From Candidatus Sigynarchaeum calidifontis (GTDB lineage Archaea; Asgardarchaeota; Lokiarchaeia; Sigyniarchaeales; Sigyniarchaeaceae), in assembly GCA_030587475.2 (NCBI GenBank), contig JAUQYZ020000005.1, positions 1 through 28,269 on the forward strand: a stretch of 28,269 bases of DNA. The letters are read 5' to 3'. The notes below the pieces were generated by a model, which was given only the letters and a program-made list of their open reading frames with translations, did no database searches and was not told the origin of the DNA. Shown here one piece after another: positions 17,500 through 26,997 of the stretch (its first letter is position 1; each line of letters starts with the position of its first letter). The translations under genes and the position numbers were made by a program.

Positions 17500-19275
17500 T
17501 TACAATCGTTTCAAGTATTCTGCGACATCTGCTAGCTCTTTCTTGCCTGACACCTTGTCAGCAAAGATGTAGATCCGGACGCTATTTCCCGTGCCACTGG
17601 GGCGCGCGAACAGCGTCGACTTGTCCGTGGATAAAGAGATGATGTCTAGCATTCCCTGGTTATCACGGTAATCGATGACCTTGTACATTTTTTCACCGAT
17701 GGCGATCTGCCTGCCGATTTGCTTTTCCATGGCTTTCATTATCGTTTGCTTGCGTTTATCGTCGGCCTCGATCTCAACGCGTTGGCCGACGATGGATGTA
17801 TCAACCGCATCGAGCAAATTGTATCCGGAGTTGATCAATTCCGCGAGTAGAATGATCGCTGGGGCTGGGAACTTGTCACCGAGGAGCGGGACGACAGGCA
17901 CTAATTTTTTCAAGATCCCCTCCTTGAATTCCGGTCTAACGATGTTCACCGTGTGGCCGCCACTCTCCTCCCAGAGAACCATGAGCACGGCATTTTCCCT
18001 CTTCGGGATCTTTCTTGCGATGAACTCGATCAACGCGGCATGGGATTCGATCTTAACACGCCCCGATGTTTCTTTCCCGTAAATAAGCGCGGACTTGAAT
18101 TGCGATTTGTCGACATCGATACCGCAAGCAAGATACTGGATGATGCCAAGATGTTTGTACCCAACGCCAGCCTCAATAGTGCACACGGTTTGTTCGTCGC
18201 ATCGGGGATCGCTCGGGACGGTCCGGACGTTAATGATGGTCTTCCCGAATTTCGTAGCCAGGATGTTATGCATGGCCGTGTATAGCTCGTTCGGATTGAG
18301 CTGGACATGTTTGTCCCCGATCTTGATGATGAAGACAATCCGGTCCCTATCCGCATCGAGCAGAATGGCGAGGTTCGCCCCGCTTTTTTCCAAATGACCC
18401 TTGACCTCGTCGAATGGCATGTTGATTGTTGGATCCGGTGGTTCCATTTCTTTCTCGATCTTGATGACCTTTACGCCGTAATACTCGAGTAAATCATGGA
18501 TTTCTTTGGCTTTTCCCATGTATGGCCAGAGCACGATGGGTTTTCCCCTGATGCCCTTGATTGGAATGATTTCCTTGATAACTTCTTTCACGTAATCGTT
18601 GACACGCGATTCGAAGTCGATCCCCTCCAGCCTCACGTCGGTTGCGCGCTTGAGCGGGATTTCCTTGAGATTGATGGCTTTTTTCGATATTTCCTTCATC
18701 AGGTCGCCAGCGACGGGGATTGGCTGCTTGAAATAGAACTTGATGCCGTTCCAGGCCGCGGAGTTATGGCTGGCGGTGACCGTGATGACTGCATCGATAT
18801 CTGGGATGATGGCTATCGTGGCGCTGGAGTATGGTGTCGACATGCCAGAGTGTGTCATCTTGTCCAGCGTGATGGTTTTGTTCGATTCTAGCTGGATTAA
18901 TAGATCATGACCATCAAACGCAAGGATCTGGAGCGCGTGGGTTACCAGCAAGTCCGATGTCGGCCGCTCGTCGCTTGTAACGATGACCCTCGCGCGGCGA
19001 CCTAGTTTCTCAAGGAGAATGAGGCTGATGGCCTTGAATAGACGCAAAAACAGCGTGTACTTGGACGCGGGGCACGTGAACGTGGTCCTATCCTTCTTGT
19101 CCAGGATCTTCAAGCGTATCCCCGACGTGGGCGGGATGATTGGATCGACTTCATTCACTTGTTCATCTGTCATTTCCGGAAGAAGCACCTTTTCGCCGCC
19201 ATCGATCGGTTCAAGGTTCAAGCATTCGAATTGGATGGATTCCTTGCTTATCGGTGTTCCTTGCTCGTGCATCAT
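17500..19275 (-). CDS. Alpha-D-phosphohexomutase (PGM/PMM) family protein
   Basis: TSGIR; catalytic VTASHN..NGIKF; metal loop DADRDR; VGYK; WEESGGH; C-terminal RPSGTGNSVRIY. Confidence 0.9.
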   Translation of the reverse strand: MMHEQGTPISKESIQFECLNLEPIDGGEKVLLPEMTDEQVNEVDPIIPPTSGIRLKILDKKDRTTFTCPASKYTLFLRLFKAISLILLEKLGRRARVIVTSDERPTSDLLVTHALQILAFDGHDLLIQLESNKTITLDKMTHSGMSTPYSSATIAIIPDIDAVITVTASHNSAAWNGIKFYFKQPIPVAGDLMKEISKKAINLKEIPLKRATDVRLEGIDFESRVNDYVKEVIKEIIPIKGIRGKPIVLWPYMGKAKEIHDLLEYYGVKVIKIEKEMEPPDPTINMPFDEVKGHLEKSGANLAILLDADRDRIVFIIKIGDKHVQLNPNELYTAMHNILATKFGKTIINVRTVPSDPRCDEQTVCTIEAGVGYKHLGIIQYLACGIDVDKSQFKSALIYGKETSGRVKIESHAALIEFIARKIPKRENAVLMVLWEESGGHTVNIVRPEFKEGILKKLVPVVPLLGDKFPAPAIILLAELINSGYNLLDAVDTSIVGQRVEIEADDKRKQTIMKAMEKQIGRQIAIGEKMYKVIDYRDNQGMLDIISLSTDKSTLFARPSGTGNSVRIYIFADKVSGKKELADVAEYLKRL

Positions 19276-19411
19276 GGTGATCTGTAATCAACATTGCTTC
19301 TTGGTGATTAAACATTGATGTCCGGGTGAAACGGCCATGTCATTATTTCTTTTTGCGCTATGCTTTAGAAGGGCGGGACACATCTTTTTTTCAACTTTCC
19401 ACGTGCCCACC

Positions 19412-20413
19412 ATGAATCTCATCCGTGTTTCGACAGGTTCGGCGGCCATGCTTGGCTTGCATCATTTGAAAATGTTACACCAGCCGACAACCATCCACTT
19501 GCTCCAGTACTCGCCAGAAGGCTGCAATGCCAACTGTGGATTCTGCCCCCAAGCCCGCGACAGCGCTGCTGCCGACAAGAAGCAGCTTTCCCGCGTGTCC
19601 TGGCCCGAGTTCTCGTGGCCAGACGTTCGTGATCGCCTCGTCGCCCGTTACGATGAAGGCGCGTTCACGCGCGTGTGCTTGCAGACCGTCGTGTACCCGG
19701 CGTTCGTCGATGACATGCTGAAAACAGTGGGCGAATTGATGGGCGCGCGGAAGATGCCAATGTCCATCGCCCTCGTGCCTGTCGCGAGGGGCGTGTTGGA
19801 GCAGTTGAAGGCTGCCGGCGTTGATCGAGTGGGTATAGCCCTTGATGCAGCGACGCCGGAGCTTTTTTCAAGAGTAAAAGGGAGCGGCGCTGGTGGCCCA
19901 TACACGTGGGATGGCCATTGGCGAGCCTTGCAAGACGCGCTCGTCGTTTTTGGCAAGGGACGCGTATCCACCCACCTCATCATCGGCCTCGGCGAGACAA
20001 GCAAGGAAATCATCGAGCGGATGCAAAACGTGCACGATGCTGGTATCACGATCGGGTTATTCGCGTTCACGCCGGTACCTGGAACCCGCCTTGAATCCAT
20101 GCATCCCCCTGCCTTGAGAGAATACCGGCAAATCCAGCTCGCCCGATACTTGATCGTGAACAATTTATCCCGCGCGAGCCGGTTTAAATTTGAAAAGGAC
20201 ACGGGCGAGGTCACGGGCTGGGATATTTCTCAAGAGGAAGCCATCCGCTTGATCAAGGAGAAGCGGGGGCACATGTTCGAGACATCGGGTTGTCCCGGGT
20301 GCAATCGCCCATATTACAACGAGTCGACCCGCGGCCCGCTATATAATCATCCCGCGCCCTTGACTGATGATCAAGTGCATTCTGCTATTGACCTCCTCTT
20401 CCCGGTGAAATAA
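19412..20413 (+). CDS. lipS2: Radical SAM lipoyl synthase subunit LipS2-type
   Basis: CNANCGFC radical SAM motif; C-terminal TSGCPGCNRP matching the LipS2 TxGCPxC(N/D)RP signature; adjacent to a lipoate ligase. Start placed at ATG 19412. Confidence 0.85.
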   Translation: MNLIRVSTGSAAMLGLHHLKMLHQPTTIHLLQYSPEGCNANCGFCPQARDSAAADKKQLSRVSWPEFSWPDVRDRLVARYDEGAFTRVCLQTVVYPAFVDDMLKTVGELMGARKMPMSIALVPVARGVLEQLKAAGVDRVGIALDAATPELFSRVKGSGAGGPYTWDGHWRALQDALVVFGKGRVSTHLIIGLGETSKEIIERMQNVHDAGITIGLFAFTPVPGTRLESMHPPALREYRQIQLARYLIVNNLSRASRFKFEKDTGEVTGWDISQEEAIRLIKEKRGHMFETSGCPGCNRPYYNESTRGPLYNHPAPLTDDQVHSAIDLLFPVK

Positions 20414-20431
20414 ACCACATCTGGTGATCTC

Positions 20432-21232
20432 GTGCCCCAACCAACGCAGCAATGGCGATTCATCCCACTGGTCGTTAATGATGGCTTCACGAATATGGCC
20501 ATCGACGAGGCAATACTCGTGAACTGCATGAAGGGAGCCGTGCCAAACACGGTGCGGTTATACCAGTGGTCACCTTCCACGGTATCCATCGGGATGCATC
20601 AATCGGTCAAGCTGGAGGTTGACGAGGCGGAAATCGAGCGGCGTGGATTCCAGCTGGTCAGGCGGATCTCCGGAGGCGGTGCGGTACTCCACGCGGAGGG
20701 ACGCGAGATCACCTATGCCGTGGTTGCCCGGGTGCAAGATCTTTTGGGCTTGAATAATTTTGCGAGGACAAAGGTCGACGCGGTCTACGAGAATATCCTC
20801 CGCGTGATCCAGAAGACGGTATCACAGCTATCACTTTCCGCGGCATCGGGGGTCATCCATTGCCCGGCAGTGCTCGTGGACGGAAAAAAGATCTCGGGCA
20901 ATGCCCAATGCTTCAAGATGAGTCATGTGCTGCAGCATGGCACGATACTCTTGTCCGTGGATCCCGATGAGATGTACAGCGTCTTGAAACCGCCGGAAGG
21001 GGTTACGAAAGGCCGCATGGTCAGGTCGGTGAAAGCCAAAGTAACGGGCCTCGAGGATTACACGGGGCATGCAATTTCACCAAAGGATTTCGAGAGCAAG
21101 TTCTTAAAAAGTTGTTCTGAAATTTTTGGCATCTCGTTTGTTGAAGGGAATTTGACTCGCGAGGAAATGGAATTGGTAAACGGGTTGAAAGAAAAATACG
21201 CATCGACCGCTTGGAGGTACAAGTATCCGTGA
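20432..21232 (+). CDS. lplA: Lipoate/octanoate-protein ligase (LplA catalytic domain)
   Basis: Motifs NMAIDEAI, VRLYQW..VSIG, VRRISGGGAVLH, GKKISGNAQ and LQHGTIL. Confidence 0.9.
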   Translation: MPQPTQQWRFIPLVVNDGFTNMAIDEAILVNCMKGAVPNTVRLYQWSPSTVSIGMHQSVKLEVDEAEIERRGFQLVRRISGGGAVLHAEGREITYAVVARVQDLLGLNNFARTKVDAVYENILRVIQKTVSQLSLSAASGVIHCPAVLVDGKKISGNAQCFKMSHVLQHGTILLSVDPDEMYSVLKPPEGVTKGRMVRSVKAKVTGLEDYTGHAISPKDFESKFLKSCSEIFGISFVEGNLTREEMELVNGLKEKYASTAWRYKYP

Positions 21233-22248
21233 CCGTGGACGTGGAACGGTTCCTGGGCAAGCTGCGATCCGGCGGCGCCGTGAAGGGCCGGGAGTTGCTC
21301 GAATCGCTCGACCGTGTATCTCTGGACGCGGTGCTCGCTTGGACACGCCATGCGAGCGATTCGCGTTTCGGTAAAATCCTTAAGACTTACATCCCCGGGA
21401 AAAAATTTCCCGCGATCTCGGTTACCGGCACGTCTTGCGAGCTCCATTGCAAGCATTGCAACGAGCATTATTTGCATGGCATGATCCCGGCCGAAACCCC
21501 CGAGCGGCTCGAACAAGTGCTTACCAGCATCTATGAGCGAGGCGGCACTGGTGCCTTGATCAGTGGCGGGTCAACGAGGGACGGCGTTGTGGAGATGAGA
21601 CGATTTCACGGCGTGCTTGGTCGCATCGCAAGATCGACGAGCCTCCAGTTAAACTTGCACACGGGCTTGATCGACGAAGCCACTGCCAGGGCGCTTCGTG
21701 AGACTGGTATCACGGCAATCTCGCTAGACCTCGTCGGTGACGATGCGACGATACGGGACATCTACGGCCTTGACAAGACGGTCGAAGACTACAAGCTAGT
21801 TCTCCACGGGTTGCTGCGAGCCGGCTTCACGAACCAGCACATCATCCCGCACGTGTGTATCGGCCTGGACAAGGGAAAGGTGGTCGGGGAATACGCCGTG
21901 CTCGATTACATCCGCGAGTTGAACCCCGCGCTGGTCGTGTTCATCATTATCATCCCGCCAAAGCAACAGGGGAATGGTGGCTTTTCCAACGTGCCACCCG
22001 ATGATGTCTCGAGGCTCGTCGCCATGACCCGCGTGCTCTTCCCGGGCGCCGAGATCTCCCTCGGCTGCATGCGCCCGGGTGGCAAGATCCGTGACGAGTA
22101 TGACATCGCCGCGTTCAAAGCCGCCATCACCCGCATCGCGATCCCGACAAGGGCAGTTTTGACAATGGCAGAACGAGGTGGATATTCCATCGAGCGCATC
22201 GAGAATTGCTGCGCGATCAGTTCGCCCGGGCCGCCTTCATCACGATAG
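21229..22248 (+). CDS. lipS1: Radical SAM lipoyl synthase subunit LipS1-type
   Basis: ISVTGTSCELHCKHC; LISGGS; NLHTG; LGCMRP and terminal CC (LipS1 GC(M/A)R and CC motifs). GTG 21229 overlaps the lplA stop (GTGA). Confidence 0.85.
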   Translation: MTVDVERFLGKLRSGGAVKGRELLESLDRVSLDAVLAWTRHASDSRFGKILKTYIPGKKFPAISVTGTSCELHCKHCNEHYLHGMIPAETPERLEQVLTSIYERGGTGALISGGSTRDGVVEMRRFHGVLGRIARSTSLQLNLHTGLIDEATARALRETGITAISLDLVGDDATIRDIYGLDKTVEDYKLVLHGLLRAGFTNQHIIPHVCIGLDKGKVVGEYAVLDYIRELNPALVVFIIIIPPKQQGNGGFSNVPPDDVSRLVAMTRVLFPGAEISLGCMRPGGKIRDEYDIAAFKAAITRIAIPTRAVLTMAERGGYSIERIENCCAISSPGPPSSR

Positions 22249-23169
22249 CGCCGATAGGATGAACCTGGCGAGATTTTCCTTCTTTTCTAGGGTGTCCATT
22301 ATCGTGTCGTAAGCATGGACACGATAGCCAAGTTGCTCGATCCGGGGCTTCAAGGAAACATCTTTCACGTCGATGAAGGCAGTGCTGGCTAGCGCGTTGT
22401 AATGGCGGGCGACGGTCTCGCATGATGGCTCAAGGCCCCGTTCCCTCATGATCTTGACGGTCGGGCCCTTGATGGCATCCCCCGCGACGACAGGCGATAC
22501 GAACGCGACGTCGTCCTTTCTCTGGACGAGTGCATTCATGATGTCCTTGATCGCAAGGATCGGGTCGATTGACAAGTAAGGGTTAGAGGGGGCGATGAGT
22601 ATCTTGTCAGCCTCGCGGAGCGCCTTTTTGACCTCCGGGCTCGCCTTGGCCGTGCGCGCGCCGTCGAAGAGAATTTCATCGGCGGGCGGATCAGCACGTT
22701 CTTTCACGAAATATTGCTGGAAATCGAGCACACGCTCGCCAGACCGGATCCTTGTTCGCACGGGGTCGTTCGTGCAGGGTAAAAGGCGAAGTCGGATCCC
22801 AAGTCCTTCGAGGATCTTTGATGCAACTTGTGTCAGGGTGTTCCCGCGCTTGAGCAATTGCGTCCGGAAGATGGAAGTGGCGATATCCTTGTCGCCCAGA
22901 TTGAACCAGGCTGTATCCTTGTCATACCTAGCGATCATCGAGAGGCAATTGAATGTATCTCCTGCAATTCCCCATCGCTTCACCGGGTCGATTATGCCCG
23001 CGAGCGTGTAGGCGATCATGTCGAAATCCGGGCAAATGTAGAGCCCGTGCATTTCCGTGTCGTCTCCCACGTTAACGATAACCCCGATATCGACCGGCCC
23101 GTGCACGCGAGCCAGCCCCTCTATGAGCTTTGCGGCACCGATACCGCCGGCGATGATCGCGAGCTTCAA
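22240..23169 (-). CDS. cofD: 2-phospho-L-lactate/PEP transferase for F420 biosynthesis (CofD/FbiA)
   Basis: AGGIGAAKL; VNVGDD; ICPDFD..YTLAG; FNLGDKD; FQQYFV; APSNPYLSIDPIL; VSPVVAGDAIKGP. Confidence 0.93.
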   Translation of the reverse strand: MKLAIIAGGIGAAKLIEGLARVHGPVDIGVIVNVGDDTEMHGLYICPDFDMIAYTLAGIIDPVKRWGIAGDTFNCLSMIARYDKDTAWFNLGDKDIATSIFRTQLLKRGNTLTQVASKILEGLGIRLRLLPCTNDPVRTRIRSGERVLDFQQYFVKERADPPADEILFDGARTAKASPEVKKALREADKILIAPSNPYLSIDPILAIKDIMNALVQRKDDVAFVSPVVAGDAIKGPTVKIMRERGLEPSCETVARHYNALASTAFIDVKDVSLKPRIEQLGYRVHAYDTIMDTLEKKENLARFILSALS

Positions 23170-23180
23170 CCTCTGGTCAC

Positions 23181-23894
23181 TTATTCACGGTTGGTGGTGT
23201 CGAGAAAACAGCACGGGTCGATGATGATCTTGTCTAGTGGTAATCGGCTGGAACCGGGCATGCGCCCGCCCTTCTGGTCGGGCGACAGTGCTTCTCCCGT
23301 CTTGTACCCGGCCCCGACGAATGCCTGGGCATGCCACGAGCCCGGTACCTTGAGAATATTTTCTATCCGGCCTTGTGCAAAGAGCGGGGCGCAGTACCAG
23401 CAAGCACCGAGGCCGGCGGCGTGGAAGGCGAGCAACAAGGTGGTGATGGCAGCGGCGGTGCTCTGGATGCCCATGATATTTTCGGCATTGTTACGACGCT
23501 CGTCTGGGTAGGTATCGAGCACGGCGGCATCCGTGAATGCCACCACGAGCACGGGTGCATCCCGGAACTTGGCATTGCGCGTGTTCGCGGCATCCGTAGC
23601 CTGCCTGGGATCAACGCCGCCGCGGATCAGGTCATCGGCATATAAAGAAGCCATTGCATCGAGCACGCGCGTCTTTAGTGCTTGATGTCTGGCGTTTTGC
23701 CGGTAGAAGGGCATGAATCGCCATGGCTGTGCGTTGTGCGCGGACGGCGCCCACCGGGCGAGATCGATGCATCGTTCGATGATCGAAGGATCGACCTCAT
23801 CGATCGCAAAGGGTTGCTTGTAGCTGCGGCGGCTCGTGGCGATGGCCGAGAAGTTGCGCCATGCATCACCCATGTCATCTAGTAGCCGAGGCAT
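23181..23894 (-). CDS. Nitroreductase-family protein similar to the FbiB C-terminal domain / FbiE (dehydro-F420 reductase)
   Basis: RRSYK; APSAHNAQPWRF; APVLVV; YPDERRNNAE..M; LLLAFHAAGLGACW..APLF; 11 bp upstream of cofD. Start uncertain (23894, 23918 or 23873). Confidence 0.8.
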   Translation of the reverse strand: MPRLLDDMGDAWRNFSAIATSRRSYKQPFAIDEVDPSIIERCIDLARWAPSAHNAQPWRFMPFYRQNARHQALKTRVLDAMASLYADDLIRGGVDPRQATDAANTRNAKFRDAPVLVVAFTDAAVLDTYPDERRNNAENIMGIQSTAAAITTLLLAFHAAGLGACWYCAPLFAQGRIENILKVPGSWHAQAFVGAGYKTGEALSPDQKGGRMPGSSRLPLDKIIIDPCCFLDTTNRE

Positions 23895-24033
23895 GATTTG
23901 GCATCGCCGGTCTGGCATAATAACTCGTATTTGGCAGCATCTATTAGATGGAAAAAGAAATGGCGGGTAATGAACTTGCGGAGGCATCAACCCACGTGAT
24001 AGGAACGAAAACCGGATCTGCGATGATACAAGT

Positions 24034-25062
24034 TCATGTTAAAATCTCGACGCTGTCCTTGTGCACGTAGACTGTTTTCTCGGCTTGCGAGACGAAGCTG
24101 CCTTTAACATCGGAAAGTACCTTGTATTCCATGAGAACCCCGGTCGCGATCAATTCGTTGATAGCAAAGCGGGGTACCATGAGTTCCTTCGCCCAGGCGC
24201 GATGGCTGAATGGTAGCGTCTTGTAATTCTTGGCAATAAAGCCGATAAGCTGCTTGGCGGCCTGGTTTCGGATCTTGGGGATGTGCCGCAATGCGAGCTG
24301 GTAGATGTTGCCGATCTGGAGCGGGTGGGCCTGGCCTTCGCCCGTGCTCGAGAACGTCTCGACGGCGAAAACATCCCCCTCCTCGATCGTTTGTCCTGTT
24401 GGTTGGGGGATCAGCGGGATCTGCTTGGAACCGTGTACCATCCAGCGCTCGAGCGTGTGGCCGCTCAAGTCCTTGATGGGCTGGTACTTGTACGACTTGA
24501 TGACCTCGTTGATCTTCTTGCCGATGTCGTTCGTCTGCGCGCCGACCTTGATCATGTCGATGGCGGTTTGCATTGCTTTCTCCGAGGCGATGCAGATGTT
24601 CTCGAGTGCCGGGTTCTTGCTGAAACTCACCGTGGTCGCGGTATCTGCAATATAGCCGTTCACGTGCACCCCGAGGTCGAGCTTGACGATCATGCCCTCC
24701 TCGATCTCGGTCATGTCCCGGGGCCCTGATGTATAGTGCGCCGCCACGTTGTTGATCGAGACGTTCATGGGGAACCCGATCGAGCCGCCTTGCTGGACCA
24801 CGAAGTCCTCCGTGTCGGTGATGAGGTCGATGACCTTGACACCGATCTTCGTCTTCGATCTCGCCCGTTCGAGCGCTTCCTTTGCGATCTTGCCGGCTTT
24901 CTGGTACGATTCGAGCGCTCGCTTTTTCTTTTCCTCCTCGGATAGCCCCTCCTCCTCGTCGTGCTCGTGATCGTGGTCATGTTGGTGTTCATCCGGCTTT
25001 TCCTTGGCCGGGGGGGCAGGTTCGTTTTTTGGTGAGGATCCGGGTTGCTTCTTCGCGCACAT
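24034..25062 (-). CDS. map: Type II methionine aminopeptidase with charged/His-rich N-terminal extension
   Basis: FPMNVSINNVAAHYT; KLDLGVHVNGYIADTA; LSGHTL; AVETFSSTG; type II helical insert (YKTLPF); SQAEKT. Confidence 0.93.
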   Translation of the reverse strand: MCAKKQPGSSPKNEPAPPAKEKPDEHQHDHDHEHDEEEGLSEEEKKKRALESYQKAGKIAKEALERARSKTKIGVKVIDLITDTEDFVVQQGGSIGFPMNVSINNVAAHYTSGPRDMTEIEEGMIVKLDLGVHVNGYIADTATTVSFSKNPALENICIASEKAMQTAIDMIKVGAQTNDIGKKINEVIKSYKYQPIKDLSGHTLERWMVHGSKQIPLIPQPTGQTIEEGDVFAVETFSSTGEGQAHPLQIGNIYQLALRHIPKIRNQAAKQLIGFIAKNYKTLPFSHRAWAKELMVPRFAINELIATGVLMEYKVLSDVKGSFVSQAEKTVYVHKDSVEILT

Positions 25063-25176
25063 GGGTATCAGCATCAAGCAATTGCTTGCTCCAAGCATGT
25101 AACAATAATGGTGTACGAGTTAAATCCTTTGAGGAGGAGCGATTGATGATTTGCTTCGATGTTATTACTTTATTTC

Positions 25177-25347
25177 ATGATGACCGATCAGATCGCTCTT
25201 AACCAAGCCGCACGCGTCCGTCGCATGATGATCGAGGATAACCAGGCCATCATCGAAAGGGAGGCCATCCGCAAGATCAAGAAGATGATGCGGGCCTACA
25301 ACCAGCTCCATGGATTCGATGTTAACTACCATCTCGCAAATCGCTAG
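25177..25347 (+). CDS. Small hypothetical protein (56 aa, helical)
   Basis: ATG follows an AT-rich stretch, codon usage resembles neighbouring genes, and it is divergent from map. No recognisable family. Confidence 0.4.
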   Translation: MMTDQIALNQAARVRRMMIEDNQAIIEREAIRKIKKMMRAYNQLHGFDVNYHLANR

Positions 25348-25735
25348 CACGTCCTGGGCGATGGCGCGGGATAATCGGTTCATGGTCTCGTCCCGCCACG
25401 ACGTCATCACCATTCGGTAAAATACCTGCATCTAGTTGCGATTCTTTTCGACCGAGGCAACAGCATCGGATAACATGTTGCCTGGTCCTTAGGCGATCGT
25501 CCAATTTGCAAACGATGTTCCACACGATGGGCAATTCTTCGATTGCCACCCGCTCGCGCAACTATTGCACAATGGGAAACCAGAATGGCATTTTTTACAA
25601 ATGGCGGTCTTGTGGACGAAACTCGACCCACATTTATAGCATTTAGGAGTTGGCATACTGATCACTATTCAATCGAAGGCCTTAAAATCTTCGTACCTTG
25701 GCGTTCCTTCTTGTACAAAAAAGCGCTTCATCATG

Positions 25736-25813
25736 CAATCGATTCGCTCACGATCAATCGATTCGCCCACGATCAATCGATTCGCCGACGATCAATCGAT
25801 TCGCCCACGATCA
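25736..25813. repeat. Tandem repeat of 4 x 19 bp (caatcgattcgcc/t-c/g-acgat), non-coding
   Basis: Units start at 25736, 25755, 25774 and 25793; units 2 and 4 are identical, units 1 and 3 each differ by one base. Confidence 0.95.
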
Positions 25814-25878
25814 CTGTTCTTGTTAAACACCAAGAGCATATTAGCCACGCACATATTGGATATCGCGGGTGAACGATC

Positions 25879-26817
25879 ATGAGTGTTGAAAGCGTGAAAC
25901 TGTCCGAGTTTGCACGGTTCGTCCGCAAGCTCGAGGACAAGACCCGCGGCGGCGAGATGCGGACGCTCTGGCCGGGCGAGTATCCCACGGATCTCGCCAT
26001 GAAGCCGGAACAAGCATGGCTATGCTTGATGTTGCTGGACGAGATCAAGAGCAAAACACAAGACGTGAAAATCCCGCCCTGCGACGCGCCGGATAGCCTC
26101 GATGCGATGGCTATCGACGTGTCGATGGACGAGGTGGTGGCGGTCATCGATCGCATCGCCGTTCTGGCAAAACAACGGGACGCCTCCATCGCAAGCGCGG
26201 GCGCGCTCGCGGTGAAACTCGGCACGAGCGTGGAAATGGTCGCCGCGTGTGCCTTGTTGAAGGAGATCGCCGGCAGGTTCTTCATCACGGTGCAAATCGC
26301 CCGTCCACCACGCACCACGGGCTCGACATCCCCGCACGCAAAAACACAAAAGGCATTGGATCACGATGTTCCCGCTGGCGTGGATGGCGTGAACCGCGAG
26401 GATGACGAGCATGATGAGCATGACGAATATGACACGAGCGACGAAGACCAGTACAAGGGGGATTGGTGGCGGGAGATCGACACGCCGAACGAAGCCTTGC
26501 GCGGTTACCCTGCCATCCGCCAGGATTGGGAATCGGCACCAACCGCGTGGCCATCGTGGAACGAGGCTGGTGAATACGACGGCGAGACGTTCGATGAAGG
26601 CGACGAAGTGTATTCGCTCCACCTTAGCATCGCGGATTGCAAGGCGTTCATCAAGGAAGTCAAAGAACGCGGCTTGGCGATCGGCAAGCCGAGAGGAAGC
26701 ATGCTGAATGTCTTGGTGGACAAGGCAACACACGAGAAGATCAAGGCCAGCAAGCATGGCATCATCGTGGGGGACGAGGATGCCGAGGACGAGTTGAAAG
26801 ACGGCGATATGAAATAG
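25879..26817 (+). CDS. Hypothetical acidic protein
   Basis: 312-aa ATG ORF with a helical N-terminal half, an acidic DDEHDEHDEYD linker and a Trp-rich C-terminal half. Confidence 0.7.
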   Translation: MSVESVKLSEFARFVRKLEDKTRGGEMRTLWPGEYPTDLAMKPEQAWLCLMLLDEIKSKTQDVKIPPCDAPDSLDAMAIDVSMDEVVAVIDRIAVLAKQRDASIASAGALAVKLGTSVEMVAACALLKEIAGRFFITVQIARPPRTTGSTSPHAKTQKALDHDVPAGVDGVNREDDEHDEHDEYDTSDEDQYKGDWWREIDTPNEALRGYPAIRQDWESAPTAWPSWNEAGEYDGETFDEGDEVYSLHLSIADCKAFIKEVKERGLAIGKPRGSMLNVLVDKATHEKIKASKHGIIVGDEDAEDELKDGDMK

Positions 26818-26997
26818 GTCCTCGGGGCGAATGGGTCATGAAATAACTGCGTATCGGTGTTTCAAGTTCGTCCGAGCTTGAAATAACGGTATAACATGAT
26901 TCATTATCAATCGCTCATCCGATGGGGATCATATCTCGGTTCCGTGTGAATCTCGTTTTTTTGAAGGGATGCGGTCTGAATTGGTCTTGAAGATATG

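Noticed and set aside
25736-25813. Possible CRISPR array
   Set aside because: The units are contiguous with no spacers, only 19 bp long, and no cas genes are present.
25543-25872. 109-aa ORF spanning the tandem repeat
   Set aside because: TTG start, runs through a non-triplet repeat, atypical composition; probably non-coding.
26858-26885. CRISPR repeat-like palindrome as an array
   Set aside because: Single copy; no second repeat at spacer distance.
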